Assembly: GCA_022566355.1 (NCBI GenBank)
Contig: JADFJB010000003.1
Location: 15,377-79,376 of the forward strand
Length of the DNA stretch: 64,000 nt
Source: Candidatus Zhuqueibacterota bacterium
GTDB taxonomy: Bacteria > Zhuqueibacterota > JdFR-76 > DREG01
Reading direction: 5' to 3'
The position numbers were made by a program, and so were the translations under genes. The notes beneath the pieces were generated by a model that worked only from the letters and a program-made list of their open reading frames with translations, had not been told where the DNA came from and did no database searches. Below are positions 9,389 through 18,166 of this stretch, one piece after another; the first letter of the stretch is position 1, and each line of letters opens with the position of its first letter.

Positions 9389-11299
9389 TTACAGTTCTCC
9401 AAAAAAATTTCTCAGGATATATTCAAAATTACTTGCAGCGCCGGCGTAGTTCTGTCCATAGATTCGGCCGGCGATGTATACAAAATTACTTTTCGTTTCA
9501 TCAGTACCGGGTGTGGGCAGCGTAACTTCACTCCTGCTGGTATATACCAGGTTCGGATGTGCCCAGACACTTAAACCGCGCACAAAACTGAATGGTGAGG
9601 TACCACCCTCTTCCATGGTCGTAGCGCTGCTGCGATGAGCAAATAACATAGTATGAGTAAATGAAGACTTGGTGTAGCTGGACATACCGTCCCAATCGGT
9701 TACGGTGCCATCGTCACTGGAATTCAAGAATCCACCGCCCCCAGAGAATACTGCGGTTGCACTCATACTGCGTGTAAAAGGTGTCATCTCAACGAGTCCA
9801 GGAAAAACCGGAATATATTCTCTTATTCTTACCCTGCCGGAGGTAAACCCCTCCCGTCCGGAAATATTGGCATAAGAAATTAAGGCACTATCGAAAAAGT
9901 TGTCACCGTTTCGGGTTGCAAGGAGCACATTTCCTCCAGCTTGTAGATAAGCTAAAATGGGCGTTCCCTGCCAATCTGCCAGATCACCCTGAAAATTGTT
10001 ACCCAGCCAGACCACAGACGAGTATTTTGCCAGAACATCCGGAGATATTGGACCCGATCCAATTGATGCAGGGACTGTAGTGGGAACATGTTGTCCCGGG
10101 AAGAGATCCCAGAAAGCTCCAACGGTAAGCTCTCCAAAATAAGCCTTTGCTGCATAACCATCATGGGGGAGGGGATCATAGCTACCCCAGGTGATGCCGT
10201 TAACAAGAAGGAAACCCTCGTCGAATGTTGGTAAAGCTACACTGATTTTGTTTGATTGTATGACGACAGCCCCACCCGCATCTCGCAATGCCAGGAAGAC
10301 AGTATGTTCGCCTGCCGGCATATCGATGCTGGCAGAAACCGGATCGCTATAGGATAACCATTCAGTGCCGGAAAATGCGTACGATCCATCGGCGTTTAAG
10401 GTTTCATCGTTTAAAGAGTAGGAGTAGTTAGAAACAGCGCCGGTATAATAGGCTGTTTCTCCACGCCAGGTAAAAACTGCAGCTGCTCCCGCGAACCAGC
10501 CACCTCCATCCGTTGGACCAGTGGATTGTTGTAATATCGGAGAAAACCCACTGCCAACAAAAAAGCTTCGAGTGTCTGGTGTCTCATCTCGAGCGCCATA
10601 ATTATCGATGGATTGCACGGCAAATACATGATTGCCTTCCGCAAACACATTGCCCAGGACAACGCTAAATTCTACACTGGCTTTGCCATCTGAGTCAGCC
10701 GCGATAATTGTCTCGGCTCCGCCATCGACGGTATAGGCAAATTCTATTACTTGGCCATTTTCGTCAGACCCGGATATTCCAAAAGTCACACCTCCACCTG
10801 TAGTGGCTCCATTCGCAGGGCCTGACACAATCGAGGTAATAGGCGATTTATTTGCCAGAATCTCAGCAAGGCTCAACTTGGCAACCGCTGGTGTAGGATC
10901 TTCCGCACCCTCGTTGTCTTTGGATTTGACTTCCACAGTGTGTTCATCTGTTGCTGAAGTGAATGTAATCGTTCCTGAAAAAAACTGTTTGACTGTCCAG
11001 TTGGAATAATCCCCGCCATCTAAGCGAACAGCAAAACTGTCCACTGACCCATCCAGATCGGTACCAGTATATTCTACCGTAAAAGAAAAATCTCCTAAAT
11101 TAGTCACAACCCCAAGGGTATCTGTTTCCAGATCCACTTTTTTCAATATTTTTGACGTGATCGATGTTTCCGGAGCTTGATTTACTCCTTTCGCATCAAA
11201 CTTTGTCGGTCCGTCACCACAGCTCCAAAGAAACAATAAACTTATAACCAGGAGCAATGGGAAAGCCTTCTTACCATCATGTAAGATTTCTTTAAGCAT
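9389..11299 (-). CDS. Lipoprotein with Ig-like repeats and an uncharacterised C-terminal domain
   Basis: Lipobox FLWSC; NQAPETSI, HTVEVKSKDNEGAEDPTPA, HVFAVQSIDNYGARDETP; C-terminal YSSVVWLGN...YLQAGGNVLLA. Confidence 0.75.
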   Translation of the reverse strand: MLKEILHDGKKAFPLLLVISLLFLWSCGDGPTKFDAKGVNQAPETSITSKILKKVDLETDTLGVVTNLGDFSFTVEYTGTDLDGSVDSFAVRLDGGDYSNWTVKQFFSGTITFTSATDEHTVEVKSKDNEGAEDPTPAVAKLSLAEILANKSPITSIVSGPANGATTGGGVTFGISGSDENGQVIEFAYTVDGGAETIIAADSDGKASVEFSVVLGNVFAEGNHVFAVQSIDNYGARDETPDTRSFFVGSGFSPILQQSTGPTDGGGWFAGAAAVFTWRGETAYYTGAVSNYSYSLNDETLNADGSYAFSGTEWLSYSDPVSASIDMPAGEHTVFLALRDAGGAVVIQSNKISVALPTFDEGFLLVNGITWGSYDPLPHDGYAAKAYFGELTVGAFWDLFPGQHVPTTVPASIGSGPISPDVLAKYSSVVWLGNNFQGDLADWQGTPILAYLQAGGNVLLATRNGDNFFDSALISYANISGREGFTSGRVRIREYIPVFPGLVEMTPFTRSMSATAVFSGGGGFLNSSDDGTVTDWDGMSSYTKSSFTHTMLFAHRSSATTMEEGGTSPFSFVRGLSVWAHPNLVYTSRSEVTLPTPGTDETKSNFVYIAGRIYGQNYAGAASNFEYILRNFFGEL

Positions 11300-11587
11300 C
11301 TGCAGCCCTCCTCAAGGTTAGAGAATAATAAATATTATAGTTAATTATAATAATGTACTTTTAGAAATTGTATTTTACTAAGTAGAAATCCGAAAAAATC
11401 AGCTACAAGAACAACCAATACATAAAACTAATAATACTTGGGCAGAGTACGTTTCTGTTGTTAGGAAAGGAAACATTGAAATACGACTTGAATATTTTGA
11501 AGAATGATAATTGATTCACAGGATTTGTAGCAATTTTTTTGAATGACCACCTCCGAACTTTATTTCAATTATTAACTTATTGTAGTT

Positions 11588-11616
11588 ATTGTAGAAAATT
11601 AAAACATGATTGTCAA
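11588..11616 (-). promoter_or_regulatory. Near-consensus sigma70 promoter for the TBDR locus
   Basis: Minus strand TTGACA-N17-TACAAT; a tandem 9-mer TTATTGTAG x2 (11577-11594) overlaps the -10 element. Confidence 0.7.
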
Positions 11617-11727
11617 GAAAAAAATTTCAATTATCAAATTTTTTTATTAATATATCTAACAAAGCACATCATATCTTACAATATGCAACCTTAAATCCAT
11701 ATTTGCACTGAGGTGAATTTGATTACG

Positions 11728-11775
11728 GTTCTGTGTTTAGTAATGTTCCAAGTTCTGTGTTTAGTAATGTTCCAA
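11728..11775. repeat. Perfect 24-bp tandem duplication
   Basis: GTTCTGTGTTTAGTAATGTTCCAA twice, adjacent. Confidence 0.95.
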
Positions 11776-11906
11776 AAATTTATGATCTACAGAAAATATT
11801 TGTTTCTTCATTGCATTCTCGTTCAAGAAATATTACAATAAGGGTCTTAAAAATTTGGCTCATTTGTTCGTATACCTCGAAAAATGTTAAATCCGGAAAA
11901 GGTGTC

Positions 11907-12461
11907 ATGACAAATTTAAATATAGGTGTTAGAGTAAAAAAGTTACGATCTGGAAAAAAATTAACATTACGACAGCTCTCTGGTCTTTCCGGTGTTTCTG
12001 CAACACAGATTTCTGAAATTGAACGCAACCTTACGGCTCCGACTGTCCCGACCCTTATGAAAATTGTATCAGCATTAGATACGGAGGCTAGTATATTTTT
12101 TGAAAAGAAAGATAATAAAACGATTTCGCTGGTTCGAAAAAATGACCGCCAGCAGTTAATAGACCGGAAGAATAACGTCTTTATTGAAAATATTACGACA
12201 GGGATAACCGATTCGAAAATAAAAGCGATCATCGCACATCCTCCTCCGGGCGCTGAAAATATTCCGGGTGGTTATCAGCATCCTGGAGAAGAGTTGATTT
12301 ATGTAATCAAAGGAAAAATTGAAGTTCAATTAAATGACACAAGTTACACTCTCGAAGAAGGCGATAGTATTCATTTTCGGGGAGAAATCAGGCATATCAT
12401 AAGAAATCCGACTAATCAGGATGTTGAAGTGCTTGCCATAATATCACCGCCAAATTATTAG
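11907..12461 (+). CDS. XRE-family HTH regulator with C-terminal cupin (PuuR/SutR-like)
   Basis: IGVRVKKLR..LTLRQLS..SEIERNLTAPTVPTL helix-turn-helix; cupin HPGEELIYVIKG...LEEGDSIHF...H. ATG 11907 is preferred over GTG 11733. Confidence 0.9.
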   Translation: MTNLNIGVRVKKLRSGKKLTLRQLSGLSGVSATQISEIERNLTAPTVPTLMKIVSALDTEASIFFEKKDNKTISLVRKNDRQQLIDRKNNVFIENITTGITDSKIKAIIAHPPPGAENIPGGYQHPGEELIYVIKGKIEVQLNDTSYTLEEGDSIHFRGEIRHIIRNPTNQDVEVLAIISPPNY

Positions 12462-12597
12462 AGGCCAGGCTTCAGATAAACAATTATTGGAAAACTGCTC
12501 GATCCGTTTGATTCTAACTAAGTAGTTAACTTGCTTTATTCATGAATTGCTTGTATAAGCAAAGTTTTCAAAAATTGCGATCATGAAGTAAAGTATC

Positions 12598-12729
12598 CAG
12601 GCTATCCGAGAACCGGGTTTTATTGCTTCTGAATGCTTAAAGCAGGAGTTCACTCTGTGGTTGATAACGTAAAAATATCCCCGATAAAAGTATTCGGGGA
12701 TGACATATTGGTAGTTCTCAGATAGCCTG
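12598..12729. mobile_element. MITE/REP-like element with 16-bp terminal inverted repeats
   Basis: CAGGCTATCCGAGAAC ... GTTCTCAGATAGCCTG (15/16); internal hairpin ATCCCCGATAAAAGTATTCGGGGAT. Confidence 0.65.
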
Positions 12730-12767
12730 CTAAAAGCGTAGGATTTGCGAATAATCCAGGTTAATTA

Positions 12768-12824
12768 AGATTTCTCGTCGTAAACTCCGTTCGACTACGC
12801 TCACGACGCTGCCTCGAAATGACA
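12768..12824. repeat. 57-bp dispersed REP-like repeat (copy 1)
   Basis: Reverse complement matches 52829..52885 at 54/57 positions. Confidence 0.9.
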
Positions 12825-12854
12825 ATTGAGTTGATTATTATCACTAATTCATCA

Positions 12855-13305
12855 CTGGGATAATAGAACTTCAAGTGAAAATAAACTTTCATCTAGATTC
12901 GAGCTTTTCGCTGCAACACTAATCAAAGTTGGAGAAGAAATATTAGTCAGATCAATATTCGTTTTGCTGCCTGCATCCAAAAGGCTATCGTACATGGGGT
13001 ACTTGTTGAACGGATGGCAAGGAGATAAGTGATCCCATCTCCACTACCACCTACAGCATTCCAGGTACTATGATAATTGCCATCATCTTGCTTTTTGGGC
13101 TGACAAACCTGTATGAGAGGGGGAGCGCCCGCCAGACTAGCCAAATAGGCAGTATTAACCTGAACGACCTGCGAAAATAGTTAAAATTCATAAATTCGAT
13201 TAAATCATTGGTGTTGATGGATTCTTGTCACAACCTAATATTGAAAAAGCTATAATGAAAATTAACTGGCGAGGAAAATTAAATTGTCCCATTTTGTCTC
13301 TCATT
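12855..13305 (-). pseudogene. Decayed lipoprotein gene
   Basis: MRDKMGQFNFPRQLIFIIAFSILGCDKNPSTP (lipobox ILGC), then frameshifted segments ending ...LDESLFSLEVLLSQ*. TTGACA-N16-TACATT lies upstream at 13327-13354. Confidence 0.5.
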
Positions 13306-13392
13306 TTCAAAAATTATAAAATTAGTAATGTAGAATCTTAAGAAGAATTGTCAAGAAAATATATCGAGTTGAGCTTAGTAAAGTTGCATGGC

Positions 13393-13421
13393 TTGACTTT
13401 CCAAAAAAAAACACCTACCTT
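13393..13421 (+). promoter_or_regulatory. Putative sigma70 promoter for permease-amidohydrolase
   Basis: TTGACT-N17-TACCTT about 75 nt upstream of ATG 13498. Confidence 0.5.
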
Positions 13422-13497
13422 GTCCAAAATCTAAAATAATCTATTTATAATTACTCCAAGTCTTAATAAAAATCCAGAAGGAACTCATAAATATAAA

Positions 13498-14844
13498 ATG
13501 GAACGTGGCGAAAGTGCTTCTTTGAAAAAAGCGATTGGTTTACCCCATGCTACTGCAATGGTTGTGGGAACGATTATAGGAGCATCTATTTTCGTTCAGC
13601 CATCGGAGATAACCACTCTGGTTCCTTCGCTACTTGGAATTTTCCTGGTTTGGATTATTTCAGGGGTGCTCACAATGTTTGGCGCTTTGGTGTGCGCCGA
13701 ATTAGCTTCCATCTTTAGCCGTAGTGGGGGTGTCTATATTTATTTAAAAGAAGCATTTTCACCTGCTCTTGGATTTTTGTGGGGCTGGGCAATGTTTTGG
13801 GTAATGCATTCCGGAATTATCGCAGTTATCGCCGTAGTTTTCGCACGCTATGTTGCTTATTTCATACCTTTGGATCCCCTAGCCATTAAAGCGGTAGCGA
13901 TAATAGTTATTATTGCTCTTTCTTTCATCAATTATATTGGTGTGAAACATGGTAGTATGCTGCAGACACTTTTTACTTTCGGGAAATTGGTTGCGATTCT
14001 TGCAATTATTATTTTGGGTTTTTCACTTGGGTCAGGTTTGACGACAAATTATCAAACAGAAGAAATGCTAACTTTTTCGGTGGGATTTGGCGATTTCGGT
14101 TTGGCATTGGTAGCCGGTCTTTTTGCTTTTGGTGGGTGGCACATGGTATCCTATAATGCTGGAGAAACCATTCAACCGCGAAAAACAATTCCACGGGCAT
14201 TAATACTAGGGACAGCCATTGTAATCTTTTGTTATATCGCTTTAAATGCAGTGTACATGTATGTCCTTCCATTAGAGGTTGTGGCTTCCTCCACGCGGGT
14301 GGCAGCCGATGCTGCGGATGCCGTTATCGGAAGTGGTGGTGGTGCAGTCATGTCGGGATTGGTTGTTTTTTCAACATTTGGTGCGCTAAGCGGAATTATT
14401 TTAGCAGGACCCCGTGTCTATTACGCAATGGCCCGGGATGGTCTGGTTTTTAAGTGGATGGGAGAAATCCATCCCAAATATCGAACGCCGCATCGATCTA
14501 TTCTCATTCAAGCCATCTGGTCATCAATACTGGTTAGTACCGGAACCTATCGAGTTCTTTTCACCAGGGTGATCTATACAGAGTGGATATTTTTCGGTCT
14601 TATGGCGATCGGTTTATTTGTCTTGCGAAAAAGATCAGATCTAAAAAGAGATTATTCAGTATGGGGATATCCCGTTGTTCCGGTGATATTTATTCTATCG
14701 GCATTTGCAATTGTTGCGAATCAAATTTATTCGGATTTAACCGAGTGTTTATTCGGTTTGTCGCTCGTTTTGATTGGCTTACCTGTTTATCATTTTTGGG
14801 CGAAGACCGGAATGACAAAGGAGGAGAACCATGAAAGTAATTGA
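13498..14844 (+). CDS. APC-family amino acid permease (LAT/SteT-like)
   Basis: GTIIGASIF, ELASIFSRSGGVYIYL, FAFGGW, PRVYYAMARDG; about 12 TM helices. Confidence 0.93.
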   Translation: MERGESASLKKAIGLPHATAMVVGTIIGASIFVQPSEITTLVPSLLGIFLVWIISGVLTMFGALVCAELASIFSRSGGVYIYLKEAFSPALGFLWGWAMFWVMHSGIIAVIAVVFARYVAYFIPLDPLAIKAVAIIVIIALSFINYIGVKHGSMLQTLFTFGKLVAILAIIILGFSLGSGLTTNYQTEEMLTFSVGFGDFGLALVAGLFAFGGWHMVSYNAGETIQPRKTIPRALILGTAIVIFCYIALNAVYMYVLPLEVVASSTRVAADAADAVIGSGGGAVMSGLVVFSTFGALSGIILAGPRVYYAMARDGLVFKWMGEIHPKYRTPHRSILIQAIWSSILVSTGTYRVLFTRVIYTEWIFFGLMAIGLFVLRKRSDLKRDYSVWGYPVVPVIFILSAFAIVANQIYSDLTECLFGLSLVLIGLPVYHFWAKTGMTKEENHESN

Positions 14845-15811
14845 CTTCCATAATCACTATTATCCCCCGGAATACCTGCGAGCTTTACAAGAGGGTTCAA
14901 GTACCATCAAAGTCACATTCGATTCCGAGAATAACCCATTGCTCCATTATCCGGGTGACTACAATGTGGTTGTTCCAGGGCATAGAGACATTGCATTTAG
15001 AGAGACTGTCCTTGAAAAAGAGAAAATTGATAAACAAGTATTAACCTTTACCTCACCGGGAACCCACATTGAAAAAAACGATTTCTCTATTGAACTGGCC
15101 ATGTTGGTAAACAATATGTTAGCCAGAATTAAAGATGAAAAATCTCACTGTTTCACCGCGCTAGCTACACTGCCATTAAATAATCCACAAGCTTCGGTAA
15201 AAGAATTCGAGAGAGCAACCAAAGAACTTGGTTTCGCGGGTTGTATGTTGTTTAGCAACGTAAACGGGACTGCTTTAAGTGATGACCGCTATTGGCCTTT
15301 GTATGAAAGTGCGAATGAAGCAAAAACAGTATTCTATATTCATCCAATACATCCTGTGGGTGTAGAGGCAATGTTGGATTATTGGCTTATGCCATTAATT
15401 GGCTTTACTTTTGATACGACTTTAGCTGCCGCGAAATTAGTGTTCAGCGGTGTTATTGAACGATTCCCCGAAATTCGCTGGGTGTTGGCGCATTTAGGCG
15501 GTGCAATTCCATATCTTGCAGAAAGACTCGACCGTGGTTTTTATGCATTTAAAGAGTGCCGGCAGAATATCAGCAAACCACCTAGTGAGTACTTGAAAAA
15601 TTTTTATTTTGATACCGTTAATTTTGACACCAAAGCCTTGCAACTTGCGATCGATTTTGCCGGAACGGATCATATATTGGCAGGCAGTGATTACCCCCAT
15701 AAAATAGGAAGCCTGGAACAAATGCTTCAAAGTATTAACGATTTGAAGATTTCATCTAAAGCCAAAGAGGATATTTTATGGAACAATACAGAGAGACTCC
15801 TGGGCTTATAA
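14831..15811 (+). CDS. Amidohydrolase_2 family protein (ACMSD-like metal-dependent decarboxylase/hydrolase)
   Basis: IDFHNH, YIHP, LAHLGGAIPYL..R, GSDYPH; overlaps the permease stop. Confidence 0.88.
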   Translation: MKVIDFHNHYYPPEYLRALQEGSSTIKVTFDSENNPLLHYPGDYNVVVPGHRDIAFRETVLEKEKIDKQVLTFTSPGTHIEKNDFSIELAMLVNNMLARIKDEKSHCFTALATLPLNNPQASVKEFERATKELGFAGCMLFSNVNGTALSDDRYWPLYESANEAKTVFYIHPIHPVGVEAMLDYWLMPLIGFTFDTTLAAAKLVFSGVIERFPEIRWVLAHLGGAIPYLAERLDRGFYAFKECRQNISKPPSEYLKNFYFDTVNFDTKALQLAIDFAGTDHILAGSDYPHKIGSLEQMLQSINDLKISSKAKEDILWNNTERLLGL

Positions 15812-15840
15812 AACTGTAGAAAGTCATCAGCAAATAAATT

Positions 15841-17508
15841 ATGACCGAAAGTAAATTTAACATACTTTACATCGATACTTCACAAACAGATCTGGAACTG
15901 TTTAAAGCACAATTCGAAAACGATTACAATATCACCACTGTGGATGATCCTGATGAAGCTAGGGAAATCTTAAAACTGACTGATATTCAACTGATGATTT
16001 CCGAACAGGAGTTACCGAGTACAACCGGGATTGAGTTTTTCGAAAGTTTAAATAATTCTAATCCGGATTTAATCAAAGTGATTTTGACCCATTTCAGAAA
16101 TGCCGATCAAGTAATAACTGCGTTAAATACCTACCAGGTTCACAAATTCATCATAAAACCATACGATAAATTTGCAATAGAAGAGATTATCGATGATGCG
16201 TTACAAATCTATCTAAAAAAACAGAAAAATAGAAAAACCTTACTCGAACTTCGACATTTGTTGGATGAAATGAACCTGGTTTACGAGGTCTCGCTTAAAA
16301 TTTCAGAGAAAAAGCCTCTGGGTAAGTTACTTACAGAAATTATGGAGAGCTGTAAAACTGTAATGAACGCCGAAGCCAGTTCTCTATTACTGTATGATCC
16401 TGAAGATGAGCAGTTGCATTTCCAGGTTGCAACCGGATCGAAAGGAATGCTGGTTAAAAAATACAGTGTATCAATGGGAGAGGGGATCGCCGGGTGGGTG
16501 GCAAAAAACCAGGAATCGCAATTGATCGAAGATTGCTATCAAGATCCCAGGTTTAATCGCGAATTTGATCTAAAAAGCGATTTCCATACACGTTCAATGA
16601 TTTGCGTCCCGTTGGTTAGAAAAGAGAAATTACTCGGGGTCATTCAGGTGATCAATAAAATAGATGGCAAAGTATTTACAGAATCTGATTTACGCATCTT
16701 CTCGACTCTTGCATCTCAGTGTGCAATTTCAATAGAAAATGCGCAATTGATCGAATCGCAGATAGAAGCAGAGGCATTAGAGCGTGAATTACAAACCGCA
16801 AGGGAAATACAAAACCAATTACTGCCATCATCACTTCCGGAATTTGATGATTTGGATATAGCAACTCGATTAATACCGGCTCGATTAATAGGCGGTGATT
16901 ATTACAATGTAATAAAAATCAATGACCATCAAAGTTTGCTTTTCATTTCTGATGTTAGTGGAAAAGGGATTCCTGCAGCTCTTATCGTTTCTACAATATA
17001 TTCATGCCTTGAAACCTATCTCGATCTACGAAAAGAAGAATTTGATCTCCTTTCTTTAGTAACAAGTTTGAATAAAGCATTGATCAGTTCAACGCCTCTT
17101 GATAAATATGCAACCTGCTGGTTTGGTTTATATGATCATACCAAGAAGAAATTGATCAGTTTAAATGCCGGTCATAATCCACCCTATATTTTTCATAAAA
17201 AGGATAAGAAACCAATAGAATTAAACACGGGCGGTATTATTTTAGGAATTATGGAGTTCCTTTTTGAAACAGAAGAAATCGATATGCAACTGCACGATGT
17301 ATTGGTATTTTTCACGGATGGTGTCACAGAAGCGCTGAACAAACAAGATGAAGAATATGGTGAGGCTCGTTTGATTGATGTGGTTAATAGAAATCAACAT
17401 AAACCAGCAACTGAGATTATAAATGAAATCGAGGAAGATGTAAAGAAACATGTCTCTGGCGCCCCGCAAAGTGATGATTTTACTTGCGTGGTGGCGAAGA
17501 TATTATAG
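15841..17508 (+). CDS. REC-GAF-PP2C (SpoIIE/RsbU-type) phosphatase
   Basis: N-terminal receiver-like domain, GAF (GEGIAGWV, TRSMICVPL, QVINK), PP2C (GGDYY, DVSGKG, FTDGVTE, SDDFT). Confidence 0.92.
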   Translation: MTESKFNILYIDTSQTDLELFKAQFENDYNITTVDDPDEAREILKLTDIQLMISEQELPSTTGIEFFESLNNSNPDLIKVILTHFRNADQVITALNTYQVHKFIIKPYDKFAIEEIIDDALQIYLKKQKNRKTLLELRHLLDEMNLVYEVSLKISEKKPLGKLLTEIMESCKTVMNAEASSLLLYDPEDEQLHFQVATGSKGMLVKKYSVSMGEGIAGWVAKNQESQLIEDCYQDPRFNREFDLKSDFHTRSMICVPLVRKEKLLGVIQVINKIDGKVFTESDLRIFSTLASQCAISIENAQLIESQIEAEALERELQTAREIQNQLLPSSLPEFDDLDIATRLIPARLIGGDYYNVIKINDHQSLLFISDVSGKGIPAALIVSTIYSCLETYLDLRKEEFDLLSLVTSLNKALISSTPLDKYATCWFGLYDHTKKKLISLNAGHNPPYIFHKKDKKPIELNTGGIILGIMEFLFETEEIDMQLHDVLVFFTDGVTEALNKQDEEYGEARLIDVVNRNQHKPATEIINEIEEDVKKHVSGAPQSDDFTCVVAKIL

Positions 17509-17574
17509 ATTTCTATAAATATTTTATTATTAACCTGGATAATTCATGAACCATGTTTTTAAGCTTAACATCCA

Positions 17575-17725
17575 ATGTCATCCCGTCGTACAGGATGCTG
17601 CAGAGTGTCGTTCCCGAATGCTTTCAGGGTGCCCGCGTACTACCCAAAATGTCATCCTCTAATGTTTTCAGCCTGTCCGAGAACTCCAAAAATGTCACGC
17701 CCGAGTGCTTTTATCGGGGGTCTAT
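17575..17725. repeat. Cluster of degenerate REP/MITE-like units
   Basis: Four TGTCAT/TGTCGT/TGTCAC..CCCG..TGCTTT-type starts; 17669-17684 matches the left TIR of the 12598 element at 14/16. Confidence 0.6.
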
Positions 17726-17727
17726 GA

Positions 17728-17790
17728 GCCTGTCTTGCATATGCGAGTAAAATATTGCATGCTGAAAAAGTATATCCTGTAGAGAATTAG
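17728..17790 (+). pseudogene. C-terminal remnant of a DUF433-type antitoxin
   Basis: ACLAYASKILHAEKVYPVEN* lies immediately upstream of a DUF5615-like gene and resembles DUF433 C-termini. Confidence 0.55.
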
Positions 17791-17792
17791 TG

Positions 17793-18156
17793 ATGAAGAT
17801 CTTAGCAAACGAAAATATTCCTGGCGGGGTAGTTCATGAGCTCCGATCAGTAGGATACGATGTTGCCTGGATAAGAGATAGCACCAGGTATTACAGATGC
17901 TGAAGTTTTAGATATTGCAGTAAATGAAAATCGTATTTTGATTACTTTTGATAAAGATTTTGGCGAATTAGTTTTTAATAAAAAATTAAAAGCTTCACCA
18001 AGTATTATTTTATTTCGAATTATTCCCTCATCACCGTCTAAAATTGCACAAACTGCAGTTTCTATCTTAAAAAGTCGAACTGATTGGGGTGGACATTTTT
18101 CTGTTATAGAAGAAAACCGCATAAGAATGACAAAATTACCAATGAATAAACTTTGA
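17793..18156 (+). pseudogene. DUF5615 PIN-like protein, frameshifted near 17880
   Basis: MKILANENIPGGVVHELRSVGYDVAWIR / APGITDAEVLDIAVNENRILITFDKDFGELVF in two frames. Confidence 0.75.
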
Positions 18157-18166
18157 TCTATTAAAA

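Noticed and set aside
11728..11775. Possible CRISPR repeat
   Set aside because: Two abutting copies with no spacer, and no cas genes in the window.
11733..11906. N-terminal extension of the XRE regulator in the ORF track
   Set aside because: It begins inside the tandem repeat, is AT-rich and has no domain features; ATG 11907 fits the family.
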